Positions 1 through 12,678 of a stretch of DNA of 64,000 nucleotides are shown here, one piece after another. The stretch's first letter is position 1, and each line of letters starts with the position of its first letter. Both the position numbers and the translations under genes were made by a program. Below the pieces are notes generated by a model, which ran no database searches, was not told where the DNA came from, and saw only the letters and a list, made by a program, of their open reading frames with translations. Source of the DNA: Eledone cirrhosa (taxonomy: Eukaryota). Location of the stretch: NCBI GenBank assembly GCA_964016885.1, contig OZ024742.1:321036001-321100000 (forward strand), written 5' to 3'.

Positions 1-83
1 TCAATTTTTGCTGTACCGGCAACCGCTTTGTATAATCAGTTCTTGATTATTACTGGAATTCTATAAGAATCCAACATTCATAA

Positions 84-175
84 TTTTCAACAAACAAGGG
101 GAGTGCTAAGCTCTGAGGAATACCAACAGTATGAAACAGAGATCTGTCACCTTATCTCCCTTTGTTTGTTGAAAA
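84..175 (+). ncRNA. Type I hammerhead ribozyme with long stem I
   Basis: CTGAGGA core at 113-119. Stem II is ATAC/GTAT, GAAA is at 133-136, stem III is CAGA/TCTG, and the GTC cleavage triplet is at 146-148. Stem I pairs TTTTCAACAAACAAGGGGAG..TAAGCT with ACCTTA.CTCCCTTTGTTTGTTGAAAA. A (TA)n tract follows at about 281. Confidence 0.85.
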
Positions 176-277
176 AAGAAGTAAGTGACATAGTCATTAC
201 TCTAAAACAATAGCGTAAGGTCTTCAAAATGCTTTTAATTAAGCAAACAGTGTATTGCAAAATACACTATATATACA

Positions 278-358
<81 letters not shown>

Positions 359-399
359 CTTTGATAGGTTTCAGCCAGTATTGGCCCAGGCCATGTCTT

Positions 400-3040
400 A
401 GTTGGGCTCTATAGGCCACCCCATACACCCATAATGCGCTTCAAAGAATGCCTCAACAGCATTAAATGCTTTATTCAACAGTGCCATTCTAGCAACATAC
501 TTTTGATGGGAGACTTTAATCTACCCTGTCTCGATTGGTCTACAAACAGTTTGAAACCAGGCACAGCAACCTCAACCACTGGCAAAGAAGCTGTCGAGTC
601 ACTTCTCGACTTTATGAATGAGCTTTTCTTGTCCCAACTTAGCATCAGAAGAACATTCCGCACCTAGTGTTTACTAACCACACTAACACTATACATAATA
701 TTACAGTAAAAAAAACCTTCTCTCAGACCATGGTTCTTTGTAACCTGAGATTCCACCAGCCGAAAGCTAATCTTAGGGACTTCTTTCCAGTTCACCCATT
801 TGATAACATGGATCTCTATAATGCCAACTGGGATGCAACCATGAACGAACTATCACATGTTGACTGGTCTTTTACACACGCACACATTTTCACCAACATC
901 AAAACATCTTGGCAGATCTTTGTAGACTCTGTCAAAAATATATGTACAAAACGCACCCCACCAAAACCTGTGAACAAAACTAAGTGCAGTATCCCACAAA
1001 ACAGAAAAATAATTATCAGAAAAATAAAAAGAACAAACAAAAAAATTAACACACTAAAATACTGGCAACAGCAATACACACATTCGACGGCTATCGCCCT
1101 GCTTGAATAAAAATAAATATGACCTCCAACAATGCATGAAGACCATCACCAATAATCAGAGAACAGCTGAAGAGAGGTGGGCTATGAGAAAATCAAACTC
1201 AACCCCAAAGTGTTCTTTTCATTTGCTAAAAAAACAGAATGTCACTGTCTCCACTGTTGGCCCTCTAGTTGATAAAAATGGTATACTCCAAGATAATGCC
1301 AAATCCAAGGGCGAGATACTGCAGAAAAAATACTGCTCTGTTTTCAGCAATCCATATATAGCCGATCTGGGCTGTATCAGTGATGTTAATACCCAACACA
1401 CTATATCGGACATAACGTTTGGCGCCCCTGATGTCTTAGCGGCAATAAACGAAATTAAACGCAACTTAGCAGTAGGCCCCGACAGGTTCCCTGCTTGTGT
1501 CTTGAAGGTGTGTCGACACCAACTTGTATCTCCTCTTGCTAATCTGTGGAGGACCTCACTGGATACTGGCTATATTCCTGAAAACTTTCTGTCCCAGTCT
1601 GTTATCCCAGTCTTCAAAATGGGAAATAAGTCCCTTGCAGTGAACTACCGTCCGATCTCACTCACCTCTCATATCATCAAAGTATTTGAGAGGGTGGTGA
1701 GATCACGAATAACCCACTTTCTTGAAAGCAACGGCCTGCTGAAATCTACCAACATGGATTCCGTAATGGAAGGGACTGCCTAACGCAGCTCCTGCATCAC
1801 TTTAACGATGTTTTGAGAGCCTTGGGAGAGGGCTCCAACACTGATGTCATCTACCTTGATTTCAGCAAGGCCTTTGACAGGGTTGATCATAAGATTCTAC
1901 TGAAAAAACTATCCAATATTGGTGTCTCTGGAAAGTTACTACAGTGGATCAAATGTTTCCTGACAGACAGAACCCAACATATTGTACTCGAAGGAGTAAA
2001 TTCGAGCCCTGCCAAAGTCAGCAGTGGCGTCCCACAAGGCACTGTGTTGGGCCCACTTCTTTTCATCATCTACATTAATGACATTACTGACATCATCAAG
2101 CACAGCAACATAAGAACCTTCTCAGATGATTCCAAGCTCCAAAGGGTCATCAATGAGGTGGGTGACCGGACTTGCCTTCAATCAGACTTACTGGCTGTTA
2201 TCCGATTGGCAGAAAAGAACAATATGCTGTTGAATGAGGATAAGTTTGAATTAATCCACTTTGGAAAAAAGGATGCCCTGAAACTACCGTACTATCTTCC
2301 TTCGGGTGAAACTCTCGTGGCATCCAACAACATCACAGACCTGGAAGTAATTGTGGACAACAACATAAGCTGGGCCTCTCATATAAACAGCAAAGTTGAC
2401 ATGGCCCGTAGAATGTGTTCCTGGATTCTCAGAAATTTCCAGTCGAGAGATATCCACACTGTTATCCTTCTCTTCTCTACTTTTTCCCGACCCAACTTGA
2501 ATACTGTTGTCCACTGTGTATCATGAAAGTTGAAGCAGCCCAAAGATCGATTACAAAAAAGATAGATGGCATGACAAGCCTTGACTATTGGAGTCGATTA
2601 GAAAAGCTCAACCTTTATTCTATCCAACGTCGCCGTGAGCGCTACATTATTTGCATGATGTGGAAAATATTCCATCAGCTTTGCCCAAATGTTGGCATCA
2701 CCTTTAATGTACACCCAAGACTTGGGCCCCGTGTTATCCACCCACGACACAAAAATCTCACTCACATCTCATAACAACAATACGGCACAATTATTTCACC
2801 TAAATTGGCCCTGCTCTCTTTAACATTACACCAAAACACATTAAAACAGAAACAGACCCTATCAAGTTCAAGATGTCTTTGGACAAATTCCTTCAAGAAA
2901 TCCCGGATAAGCCTCCTACACCCGAATATGCCTCCGTAAACAATAACTCTCTGCTTGAGTGGACCATGGTGCCCAAACCCTGACTTGTAAGACTTCGCTA
3001 TTAAGTTTGACATGCCCACACTATCCAGGAAACCCCAACC
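400..3040 (+). mobile_element. Degenerate CR1/L2-group non-LTR retrotransposon (APE endonuclease remnant plus reverse transcriptase, frameshifted)
   Basis: Consecutive ORF pieces carry LMGDFNLP (APE), AVGPDRFP, NYRPISLTSHIIKVFER, YLDFSKAFDRVDH, SGVPQGTVLGPLLFIIYIND, FSDD and LNLYSIQRRRER. Several frameshifts and stops. Confidence 0.93.
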
Positions 3041-3095
3041 GTTAAGGTTGTCTTTTTTTCCGGGTATGTCAATATTTATTTATAAAACAAATCTG

Positions 3096-3161
3096 TATTT
3101 TATCTAATGAAAGCGCACCATAATTTGACTTGGTTTCCCTTGAAATATGTATAATGAAATA
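3096..3161 (+). ncRNA. Hammerhead motif, probably inactive (G5A core), same family as 13206
   Basis: TATTTTAT-CTAATGA-AAG..CTT-GAAA-TATGTA-TA-ATGAAATA. Flanks are homologous to 13175-13300. Confidence 0.65.
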
Positions 3162-3221
3162 AATATGGTTTTATAAATATAGTTTCCATTTATTAACATA
3201 TTGTATATATATATATATATA

Positions 3222-3407
3222 TAACGAAGGAAATGTGGTAAGGAACCAGGTGGACCATAACGCACCAAAGTACTCAATACTTAGGGTAGTAGAGTGGGTA
3301 ATAGGAACGAGTAGGACCCCGACGGCTGAGCTCAAGCCGTTTCGACGACTAATTCCAGAATTAGCCGTCGAAACAGCTTCAGCTCAGCCGTCGGGGTCCT
3401 ACTCGTT

Positions 3408-3410
<3 letters not shown>
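3222..3410 (-). mobile_element. Short fold-back element in (TA)n, family A (copies also at 22497-22630, 39376-39580, 50943-51152, 53473-53684)
   Basis: About 80-bp unique tail (AACGAAGGAAATGTGGTAAGGAACCAG...) plus an about 55-bp-arm inverted repeat. Flanked on both sides by (TA)n. Five near-identical copies. Confidence 0.85.
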
Positions 3411-3458
<48 letters not shown>

Positions 3459-3554
3459 TGTGTGTGTGTGATATTGCATATGGTAAATAAACAGAACAAT
3501 TGCTACGTATCCCTTCGGTGTTTAATCTATTTCAAAACACACATCAATAACAAT

Positions 3555-3790
3555 ATTACTACCACCACCACCAATACTACTACTACTACTCCTACTACTA
3601 CCACCACCACCACCAATACTACTACTACTACTACCACCACCACCACCACCACCACCACCACCACCACCACTACCTCTACTACTACTACTACTACTATCAC
3701 GATCACCACCAACACCAACACCACCCACACCACTAAAAATAACACGAAATAACAACCCTCAAACAAAACCAACAACAACAACAACAACAA
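3555..3790. repeat. (ACT/ACC/AAC)n trinucleotide microsatellite
   Basis: Direct reading. Confidence 0.95.
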
Positions 3791-4179
3791 TAAACATTAG
3801 ATAGTTTGCTAGACTACAAGCAAGAACTAAAAGAAAAAAATTATTGACAAAACATACAAATTCACACAAATACACACATACACAAACAGATATATACACA
3901 TATACACACACTTAAACACGTACGGGCGCAAACACGCAAAAAAAGATAAAAACCGGTAGTATAAGCAGTCAAAAAATGTGTTGTGGTTCAATTCATGATA
4001 GAGTTAAGTGCGGGTGCGGCGAGATTTCCCCCGAAATTTCTCAAAATTAAAATTCTTCCGTTGAAATAGCACGTGCCACGTACTTCGGCTATTTTCGTCA
4101 AAGTCCGGTCAGACTCGGTTTGTTTTTTTTCCTTAAGAGTATTTTCAAAAGTTTCGTTTTTGATTTTGTAAACAATAAA

Positions 4180-4188
4180 TGTGTGTAT

Positions 4189-4253
<65 letters not shown>

Positions 4254-4286
4254 CATATATACATATATGTATATATATATATATAC

Positions 4287-4339
<53 letters not shown>

Positions 4340-4341
4340 CT

Positions 4342-4374
<33 letters not shown>

Positions 4375-4392
4375 TTACATATATATATATAC

Positions 4393-4428
<36 letters not shown>

Positions 4429-4466
4429 TTACATATATATATATACATATATATATATATATTTGC

Positions 4467-4498
<32 letters not shown>

Positions 4499-4499
4499 T

Positions 4500-4565
<66 letters not shown>
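4180..4565. repeat. (TG)n followed by interrupted (TA)n microsatellite
   Basis: Direct reading. Confidence 0.95.
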
Positions 4566-4570
<5 letters not shown>

Positions 4571-4819
4571 TTGTATATATATTTGTTTATATTGTTCAAG
4601 AGATGTACTCAATATATGGTGTACAGTATACACCATGCTATTGTGGATGAGGACAGTGTTGGTGTTGATGGTGATGATGATTATGGTAATGGTAATGATG
4701 ATAATGATGATGATGAGAATAACGATGGTGATGGTAACGACGGTAACTCCTAGATTCGGTACCGGCTCACGATTCTTCGTCGACAGGTAGGGTGGTCGTG
4801 TCTTATCCATGGTTTCACT

Positions 4820-4862
4820 GTCGCCTTATATGCGGGATGACGTGACATTGTTGGACCAATCA
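4820..4862 (-). promoter_or_regulatory. Possible Pol II promoter cluster (CCAAT, CRE-like, TATA/CArG-like)
   Basis: The minus strand reads ATTGG..TCACGTCA..CATATAAGG within about 40 bp, in a non-repetitive CpG-rich island. Motif match only. Confidence 0.3.
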
Positions 4863-5039
4863 CTTCCAGCCCGCTGCGAGCCGGGTGTGGTGGCGTGCAA
4901 GGCTGGGTGGTGTTGAAACATGGCAATGCATGCGTTAGAACTAACCCCAAACTTTGATCTCTGAAATATGCCCCTCTTTCTACACGAAGATGCATGAGTA
5001 CAGTACAATAAAATGCCGTGTAGTACGGTATACTCAACG

Positions 5040-5590
5040 TAATGTAGTGTGGTGTAATAATGTAGTATAGTGTAGTATAGTTTTGTGTAATGTAGTATAG
5101 TGTAGTATAGTTTTGTGTAATGTAGTATAGTGTAGTGTAATGGAATGGAGTGTAGTGTAATATACTGTAGTATGGTGTAGTATAATGTAGTGTAGTATAT
5201 TATAGTATAGTATAGTATAGTATAGTATAGTATAGTATAGTATAGTATAGTATAGTATAGTATAGTATAGTATAGTATAGTTTTGGGCAATCCATTGTAG
5301 TATAATGTACTGTAGTATAATGTAATGTAGAGCGATATAATATAGTGTAGTATAGTTTAGTGTAATCCAGTGTAGTATATATAATATAGCCAGGTGTAAT
5401 ATACTGTAGTATGGTGTAGTGTAATGTAGTGTAGTGTAGTATAGTATAGTGTAGTATAGTTTAGTGCAATCCAGTGTAGTATAATGTAATGTAGTATAAT
5501 GTAATGTGTAGAGGAATATAATATAGTGAAATGTAGTATAGTGTAGTGTAATGTAGTATAATGTAGTTCAGTGTGCTGTGGTATAGTGTA
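5040..5590. repeat. (TAGTA/TAGTG)n pentanucleotide repeat
   Basis: Direct reading. Confidence 0.95.
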
Positions 5591-5870
5591 GCCAGTCCGA
5601 GGCTACCACTGATTGATCTGAGGCCATCATTGATTGATCTTGTTAGTATATCGATCACATCATATTTTTATTTTTTACACGGCTACAAATTGAAGGAGAT
5701 TTCCTTGGAATAACGGTGGCATCCCGGATTAAGCGTAAAATCTCACCTGAACTCAAATCTGAAACTGCCCGCTGAGGAAGTCTCAAAAATCTATATACTA
5801 AAGTAAGAAGCGCGTGACTGTGGACAGTTTATAATTTGTTAGTAAAATAAGTTGGATTACGTTGAATAAA

Positions 5871-6057
5871 TAATTGTTTCTACTTTTGGCACAAGGCCAG
5901 CAATTACCCAGTGTATTACTGGTACTTTATTTTATCGACCCTATAAGGATGAAAGGCAAAGTTAACCTCGGCGGGATTTGAACTCAAAATGGCAAGGGCC
6001 GTAACTCTATGCGTCAAATCATGGCGTCCGACCCTCTACCGATACTGCCAATCCACC
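5871..6057 (-). mobile_element. tRNA-derived SINE, abundant family (other copies 7367-7547 -, 11760-11921 -, 22680-22825 -, 54306-54455 -)
   Basis: The minus strand has a TGGCAGTATCGGTAGA A-box-like motif and a GAGTTCAAATCC B box. The body is TTTGCCTTTCATCCTTACGGGGTCGATAAAATAAAGTACCAG and the tail is GGCCTTGTGCC..AGTAGAAACAATT. Confidence 0.88.
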
Positions 6058-6594
6058 GTGAATGAATATTACATAATTTATCTACTAAATTTTGTGGCTG
6101 TTCATTAAATATATTTTATTATTTATTTAAAGATTCACTTCTTTAAAATTTTTCACATTGCCTCACATCCATCCGAGACCGAGAAAGTGCTGGTGCAGCC
6201 TTCTTTCTTTTCAACAGCAAAACCCTGGATGTGACACCTGGATGAAAGGAGGAAGTGTATGTGTTTGCTCACAAATGCATGGGTATTTAAACCCCTAGTC
6301 AAAGCGTGATACATACTACCAATTCATAATCTATTGCCAGTGGTGGCTGTAGTGGACAGTTTATATAATCCGTATCGAGAAATACTAAGATGTTATAGCG
6401 CCATTTTACGAGGTATGTTCCTATAACGCAAACCAACTGAATAATTAATGCAAGGCATTTTGTCCGACACTCTTACGATTCTGCCAATTCACCACATTGA
6501 TTTACATATAACTACTCTTTTATTCCTTATTATATTTTATAATATTCTTTTACTGATAAAATGGCTGACTTATTATGGATTGTGATATTGAAAT

Positions 6595-6680
6595 CCAACG
6601 GCGTTTCGCAGAGGATTGGCTCAAGGTCATTCATAGAAGTTATGGACCCGACTCCACTATCGATCTGCTCTTCAGTCAGA
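6595..6680 (-). ncRNA. Hammerhead motif (inverted copy of 6713-6811)
   Basis: The minus strand reads CTGAAGA-GCAGA..TCTGC-GAAA-CGCCG-TT. Stem I is decayed. Confidence 0.55.
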
Positions 6681-6712
6681 TGATTCAACAAAAAATGTAG
6701 TGTTTTTGTTGA

Positions 6713-6811
6713 ATCACTAGTCTGAAGAGCAGATCGATAATGGAGTCGAGTCCATAATTTCTATCGGTGATCTTGAATCAATTCTCTGCGAAACGCACGT
6801 AACAAGTGGAT
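6713..6811 (+). ncRNA. Type I hammerhead ribozyme with extended stem II
   Basis: ATCACTAGT-CTGAAGA(6722-6728)-GCAGA..~50 nt..TCTGC-GAAA(6790)-CGCACG-TA-ACAAGTGGAT. Confidence 0.8.
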
Positions 6812-6894
6812 ACACAATAAATAAGAAAAACTAGCCACATGTAAACGAAACTTCATCGTTTTCCAATAGTTTATAATTTTGCCTATTAATCCGT

Positions 6895-7075
6895 ATGGTG
6901 AGCAAATGCGGTCCCACGTGCTGCCCTCCCCACAGCCCCTGTGGACAGGATGGAGAAGGCGTTTCCCCGGAGGATGGCAAGGGAGATGCGCTGGAAGAGC
7001 CATTCCAACTCGCGAGGCGCACACCTGTGACTGGCCAGCTCAGCGCCTATGTATTAAGTGCTTATTTTGGTACTA
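6895..7075 (-). mobile_element. 3' fragment of a CRE-like (RLE-type) non-LTR retrotransposon
   Basis: One minus-strand frame reads RELEWLFQRISLAILRGNAFSIL, matching the QRISxAxQRGNA C-terminus of CRE-type ORFs. Homologous to 37484-37620. Confidence 0.7.
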
Positions 7076-7101
7076 CCACCAGTAATTCACTGAATCACAT
7101 G

Positions 7102-7163
<62 letters not shown>

Positions 7164-7699
7164 GTATGTATATATATATACAAGGACGGTTGAACTGCGG
7201 GGGTGCAGAGGGCCATGACCCCCCCCCCCCCCCCCATAATTATATTTTTCTCCCCAAACTACCAAATCACACATCTATTTGTATATGTGCTACAATTTAT
7301 GTACATGTTATGTTTATCGCATATCGAAGTTTTTTTTTTATATATATATCTTGGTTGATATTTGATAATTATTTCTATTTAAGGCACAAGGCCAGCAATT
7401 ACCCAGTACATTACTGGTACTTTATTTTATCGACCCCGTAAAGATGGAAGGCAAAGTTAACCTCGGTCGGATTTGAACTCAGATCGTAAAGGGACGAAAC
7501 TATGCTGGAAAGCATGTCCGACCCTCTACCGATACTGCCAATTCACTTGATAATAACAGCTAAACTAATCACTACAACTAAATTTAACCCCCCCCCCCCC
7601 CCCCTCCTACCACCACCACCACCCGTTAAGAAACCAGCGCTCCTGATACACACACACATATATAATATATATAGGTTTGTTTTGAACGGCGGGCGTGTT

Positions 7700-7890
7700 T
7701 GAAATTAGAAATAGAAGATTTCACCGTATTTTTGACTAAAGAAATTTTAGCCTGACAGTGGGGGTCTAGAACCCTCTAAGAAATGGAGAAAGATGAGTAT
7801 TGACGTATATAGGAATATTTCTTAGAGGGTTCTTAACCACACTATCGGGCTAAAATATCTTTAGTCAAAAATACGGCAAAAGCTTCTATT
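7700..7890. mobile_element. Fold-back element, short relative of 43826-44250 truncated at the tRNA-like 3' end
   Basis: Arms CCGTATTTTTGACTAAAG..AACCCTCTAAGAAAT and its reverse complement. Shares sequence with 43826-43935. Confidence 0.75.
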
Positions 7891-8029
7891 TTTAACACAC
7901 ACACTCACACACACATACACACACAGACACACACACACATATATATATACATACATACTTATATATATATTATTGAGTATATATGTGTATGTATATATGC
8001 ATGTATGTATATATGTATGTATGTTGGTG

Positions 8030-8609
8030 CTACTGGTAACATGTATCCCAGTACAACCTGTCTCATGGTCGGGTCATTGGCGACTAAACTGGCAACCCCA
8101 CCAAGGTTTCTTGGTGAGGAGGGTGACTTTGGACATCCTGCAGGACTAAAAACAAAACCTGTCGAAGGGAAAAGGTGCTCTTAAGAGTCAATAGCCATCC
8201 AAAATCACCAGGAGAGATGACCCCTTAGCCTTTGTCAAGGCAGAATTCTAGGAGAAGGAAAACTCTGATATAACACCTGCAACTCTGATGGTATCCAATG
8301 ATGTTGACTTGTTCTTATTTTTGGTAAATATCATCTTGGTTAAAAGAGTAGGACTGGCTTTGTGCAGTGCCTTTGCTCACTATAAAAGCTTCACGGCACA
8401 GCTTTATATCTGGAAATCTCTCTGCACTTGTCGTCACATGGTACCATGGGCCCAGTACTATGTGTCAATAATTGTCACAAGTGTAGTGTTTGTACCAGAG
8501 TTTTCAAGTCGCTGGTTGGACTAAAAAGTCACACTCGTTCAGCGCTTCGGTAGGGTTCTCCTACATAGATATAAAGTAGTGGCCGTACTCGAAAACGAGT
8601 TGGCAGCCA

Positions 8610-8613
<4 letters not shown>
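8030..8613 (+). mobile_element. Non-autonomous RTE derivative (5'UTR-like part joined to the last zinc finger and 3' tail)
   Basis: Contains the RTE 5'UTR motif CTAGGAGAAGGAAAACTCTGA. 8482-8553 translates [23 protein letters not shown], like the RTE ORF end near 58590-58661. The tail is TGGCCGTACTCGAAAACGAGTTGGCAGCCACCAT. Confidence 0.75.
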
Positions 8614-8672
<59 letters not shown>

Positions 8673-8675
<3 letters not shown>

Positions 8676-9136
8676 AGCGGAAGAACTTATAAGAGACAAC
8701 GGCCATCCAAAAGTGTGTAAATATGTATATACACATGTACATATGTATGTATATGTATATGTGTATATACATGGGTGCATGTGTATGTATATGCGCGGCG
8801 ACATAGAAATAGTCGGGCTGGACACCCGATCGCGCGGTTAAACCACTGGGAGTGAAGGACCCCTAGCGTTTGTCAGGGCATTCTTCTAGGAGAAGGCAAC
8901 TCAGGAAACTGGGATAATTCCGATATAAAACCTGCTGCTCAGTAGTTACCGATAATGTTGATCTTTTCTTCTTTTCGGGTTATAGCTACTGTCGCTTAGA
9001 GAGTGGGATTGGCTCAGTGCACAGTCTTTCCTCACTTTAAACAAATCTTCACGCACAGGCATTGCACGATAGAATTAATTAATAATTATTAATAATGGTA
9101 TAACGTGCAATGGCCATACTCGATAACGAGGGGGCA

Positions 9137-9144
<8 letters not shown>
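8673..9144 (+). mobile_element. Bipartite non-autonomous RTE element (5'UTR plus 3' tail, ORF deleted)
   Basis: 8793-9069 aligns with 54745-55022, and 9104-9144 aligns with 58935-58975. Confidence 0.9.
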
Positions 9145-9177
<33 letters not shown>

Positions 9178-9184
<7 letters not shown>

Positions 9185-9291
9185 TGCCAACTCGTTTTCG
9201 AGTACGGCCACTACTTTATATCTATGTAGGAGAACCCTACCGAAGCGCTGAACGAGTGTGACTTTTTAGTCCAACCAGCGACTTGAAAACT
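9178..9291 (-). mobile_element. 5'-truncated RTE 3' end, near-identical inverted copy of 8499-8613
   Basis: Reverse complement of 8499-8613. Confidence 0.85.
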
Positions 9292-9586
9292 ATATTCAAT
9301 ATACTTCAAAGAAAGAAACAAAGATCTAATGGTTATGTTGGAATGCTCAATCAGGCTTAAACTGGAGCTAAGCAGTAACAGCAACAACAACAACTAACTA
9401 TTACAACGCTCTTCCTAGTCCCGAAAACAAAGGATTTGGTTATATCTAATCATACACGGGTTGGCTAGTATTGTGGTTTTGTGGTCTGATGATGATATGG
9501 GATTTTCAGAAGACGTCATCGGCATAGTTGTTCCACCTGTTATATACATAAGGGATGGTTTGGATAGATCACTGCGTATTGTGTGA

Positions 9587-9691
<105 letters not shown>

Positions 9692-10099
9692 GTAAGAGGT
9701 GAGTTTTATTGTAGCACAATAAAGCAATGCAAATATCGGATAAGTATACAAACTTCATGCATAAACCTCATTAACTTTTAATTTCAAATTCTTTTAAATT
9801 ATCTATTATCTTCCAACGGCCTTTTAATTTCTCTCTGAAAGACAATATATATTTTTTCTCAGTTGTAAATGCTATCTCTCTCTCTCTCTCTATCACCCAT
9901 CTCTCCTCCTCTCTCGTCCTTCCTTCTTATACCCCCTCCCCACCATTCTTTACTCTCATCTCCTCCTCTTCCTTACCTTTTCCAACCCCCGCCCCTCACT
10001 TTTTCCCAATCTCATACATCAATCTTAAATTATTTTTCATATGTTGATTTAAAACTTCACTATTCACAAGTGTTTTTTAAGCTTCATATCACGTATCCC

Positions 10100-10170
10100 T
10101 ATTTTATCTGATGAGAACGCAGATATCATCCCATGATGATATTTGTTTTTGAAATGCGCATAATAAAATA
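10100..10170 (+). ncRNA. Type I hammerhead ribozyme, palindromic minimal stem III
   Basis: TATTTTAT-CTGATGA(10108-10114)-long stem II (GCAGATATCATC/GATGATATTTGT)-GAAA(10151)-TGCGCA-TA-ATAAAATA. (TA)n begins about 40 bp downstream. Confidence 0.88.
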
Positions 10171-10200
10171 CTTGAAACTCTTTTAACCATCCTTTGATCT

Positions 10201-10269
<69 letters not shown>

Positions 10270-10273
<4 letters not shown>

Positions 10274-11100
10274 AAATGGAACAGGAACAAAACAGAGAGG
10301 CAGTACGAACAAAGGTTTATTAGTTTCACGCTCTTGAGAGTGGGGGGTGGGGGTAGGACGTTTCGGGCATAAGCCCTTCTTCAGGCGAAAAGTGTGTGGG
10401 AAGAGAGTTTCAAGGGTGTGTAGGGTAGTGGGGGAGAGACATTTAGAAAAAAGGGGTCAGAGGAAACGGTGGAGGGGTACAAATGAAAATAAATATTAAA
10501 AAATAATAAAAATAAAAATAAACATGAAGATAAACAAGTGGTGGAAGGGTGTGGAGCGTGTAGGGGTGGTGGCAGCTTGAGTGGGGAGAGGGAGGCGTGG
10601 TGTCCGAGAGGGGAGGGCTGAAGGTGGTGCGTGTGTGTAGGTGTACGTGTGTGTGTGTATGTGAATGTGAGAGTTGGGGAAAGAACAAGGTTCCATGTTC
10701 AGGAAAAGGTGTGTGTGGGGTGGGGTGTAGGTCCGTATGTGTGTGCGTGTGTGGATGGAGGATTCCGGAGGCTGAATGTGTAAATATGTGGGGGTACGCA
10801 CGTGTGTGTGGTGTTTATACGTATTGTAGATGTAGGTGGCGTGTGGGAAAATTTTTTTTTGTGAGTGTATGTCCGTGGGTAAGTTCCTTAGGTAGTTCCG
10901 TACAGGGTGTGGTGGGAGCCGGATATTTTCCTTGTGATGGAGTTGATTCGTGGGAGCGATGTCCAATGTGTGCAATCCGTGGTTGGGTTGGTCGGAAGAG
11001 GGGAGATGTGGGATGCGCGCGCAACAGGAAGTGGTCAGAGGGTCAAGGCAGGAGGAGGGTTGTGTGTCTGTGTGTGCGGAGAGGTGGTCAGAGGGTCAGG
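10270..11100 (-). mobile_element. Decayed Penelope-like element 3' part between (TA)n tracts
   Basis: The minus strand has an LPVAR/H GIY-YIG-like remnant near 11030, followed by the hammerhead at 10357-10384 and AATAAA. Confidence 0.5.
10357..10384 (-). ncRNA. Minimal Penelope-type hammerhead core
   Basis: The minus strand reads CTGAAGA-AGGGCTTATGCCC-GAAA-CG-TC. Confidence 0.75.
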
Positions 11101-11151
<51 letters not shown>

Positions 11152-11260
11152 GAGAGAGAGAGAGAGAAGAAAAATTCACCATGAAAAAGAATGTAATACC
11201 AGAGAACAATAAAGTGCAATAACGATATATTAGTATATTCATATAGTTGAGTAAGAGGTT

Positions 11261-11289
11261 TAATGTTTCGGACGCTGGTACTTCATCGG
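11261..11289 (-). ncRNA. Degenerate minimal hammerhead (family of 22124)
   Basis: The minus strand reads CCGATGA-AGTACCAGCGTCC-GAAA-CATTA. Confidence 0.45.
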
Positions 11290-11574
11290 AAGATAGAAAT
11301 AGAACGAAGAGAAAATACTTAGGAGAAAAAATAAAGAAGAAAAAAGGAAAGTAGAAAATGAAAAGAATAGAAAAGGTGTAAATGTTAGCAGTGTGTAGTG
11401 AGGTACGGGAGGGAATGCACAAGAAAAGCACGAGAAATACCTTTACTGTGGTCATCTATGTTATTCAACGCCTGTTGAGAACGGCCGATATCTGATGACT
11501 ATTATCTATCTTGACCGAAAACTCTTCAAATCACTCATGCAGTTATCTCGCAGCCCTGAATCGAATTCTCGTAC

Positions 11575-11695
11575 CCTCCTCCTCCTCCTTCTTCTTCTTC
11601 TTCTTCTTCTTCTTCTTCTTCTTCTTCTTCTTCTTCTTCTTCTTCTTCTTCTTCTTCTTCTTCTTCTACATCTTCTTCTCCTTCTTCTTCTTCTT
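11575..11695. repeat. (CTT)n microsatellite
   Basis: Direct reading. Confidence 0.95.
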
Positions 11696-12678
11696 GTCGT
11701 TCGCCTGATCGAGATCAAAGAACAGTAATCAGTTTCCAGAACCCACCGCCAAAGTGTCGATAATTCTAGCCCCCAGGCACAAGGCTATTAATGTGTGAGG
11801 GGGGAAAGGTGGGTTACATCAAATTCAATACGTGACTTGTACTTTATTCTATCGATACGGAAAAGTTGATAGCCGAAATTAACATCGCTGGGATTTGAAC
11901 TCAGCACGCCAATCCACCGCCCTCACACTTCAGCAAAAATAACGGTTTTCTCTTCGACTATGCCAGCTGTGGCAGAAAAATATGCAAATTAAATCGATCA
12001 GTCATACGGTGAAGTGATTACTTGTCAGTTATTTACCTGAAAAGTGATCACCTGTTAGGTGTTTACAGGTGTGCCATTTTGCCATCAAAATATGTAGTGG
12101 ATACATTGGCGGTAATGTAACATCCTTCACATACAAACATACATACACACACTGAATACACACAGATACACAAACACGTACACATATATAGACACAGGAA
12201 CACACATCAATAATACTTGCATATGAATACACTTATAGAGACATAAACACACATACATACATATACATATGAATACACACTTATAAACACATAAACACAC
12301 ATACAAACATATACATGTGAGTACACACTTATACACACATAAACACACATACATACACATAAATGTGAATATACACTTATACACAAATAAACACACATAT
12401 ACACATACATATGAATATACACTTATACACACATACATACACATACATATGAATACACACTTATAAACACATAAACACACATGCACACACATACAGATGA
12501 ATACACAGATACACACAAACACGCACACATATATAGACACACAAAGAAACATCAATAATACTTAGATAAGAAGATATGTGGCCAAGTAGTTAGAGTGTCG
12601 GAATCACCATCATAAGGTGGCCGATTCAATCTCTGAACTTGTTGACAGGTATATATGTATATATATATATATATATAT

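Larger units (their letters stand above)
6575..6880. mobile_element. Fold-back element with a hammerhead in each arm
   Basis: Inverted arms of about 100 bp centred near 6698 (GATTCAACAAAAA..TTTTTGTTGAATC). Confidence 0.75.

Noticed and set aside
3301-3410. Family A hairpin (GTCGAAACGG) as a hammerhead or terminator
   Set aside because: No CTGANGA core upstream. The GAAA lies in a simple hairpin loop, and the context is eukaryotic.
4754-4790. Possible 33-nt micro-exon (AG..GTAGG)
   Set aside because: No polypyrimidine tract and no partner exons identified.
5762-5830. Hammerhead-like CTGAGGA with flanking AAACTGCCC/GGACAGTTT stem
   Set aside because: GAAA, the cleavage triplet and stem II are degraded. 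At most a dead relic.
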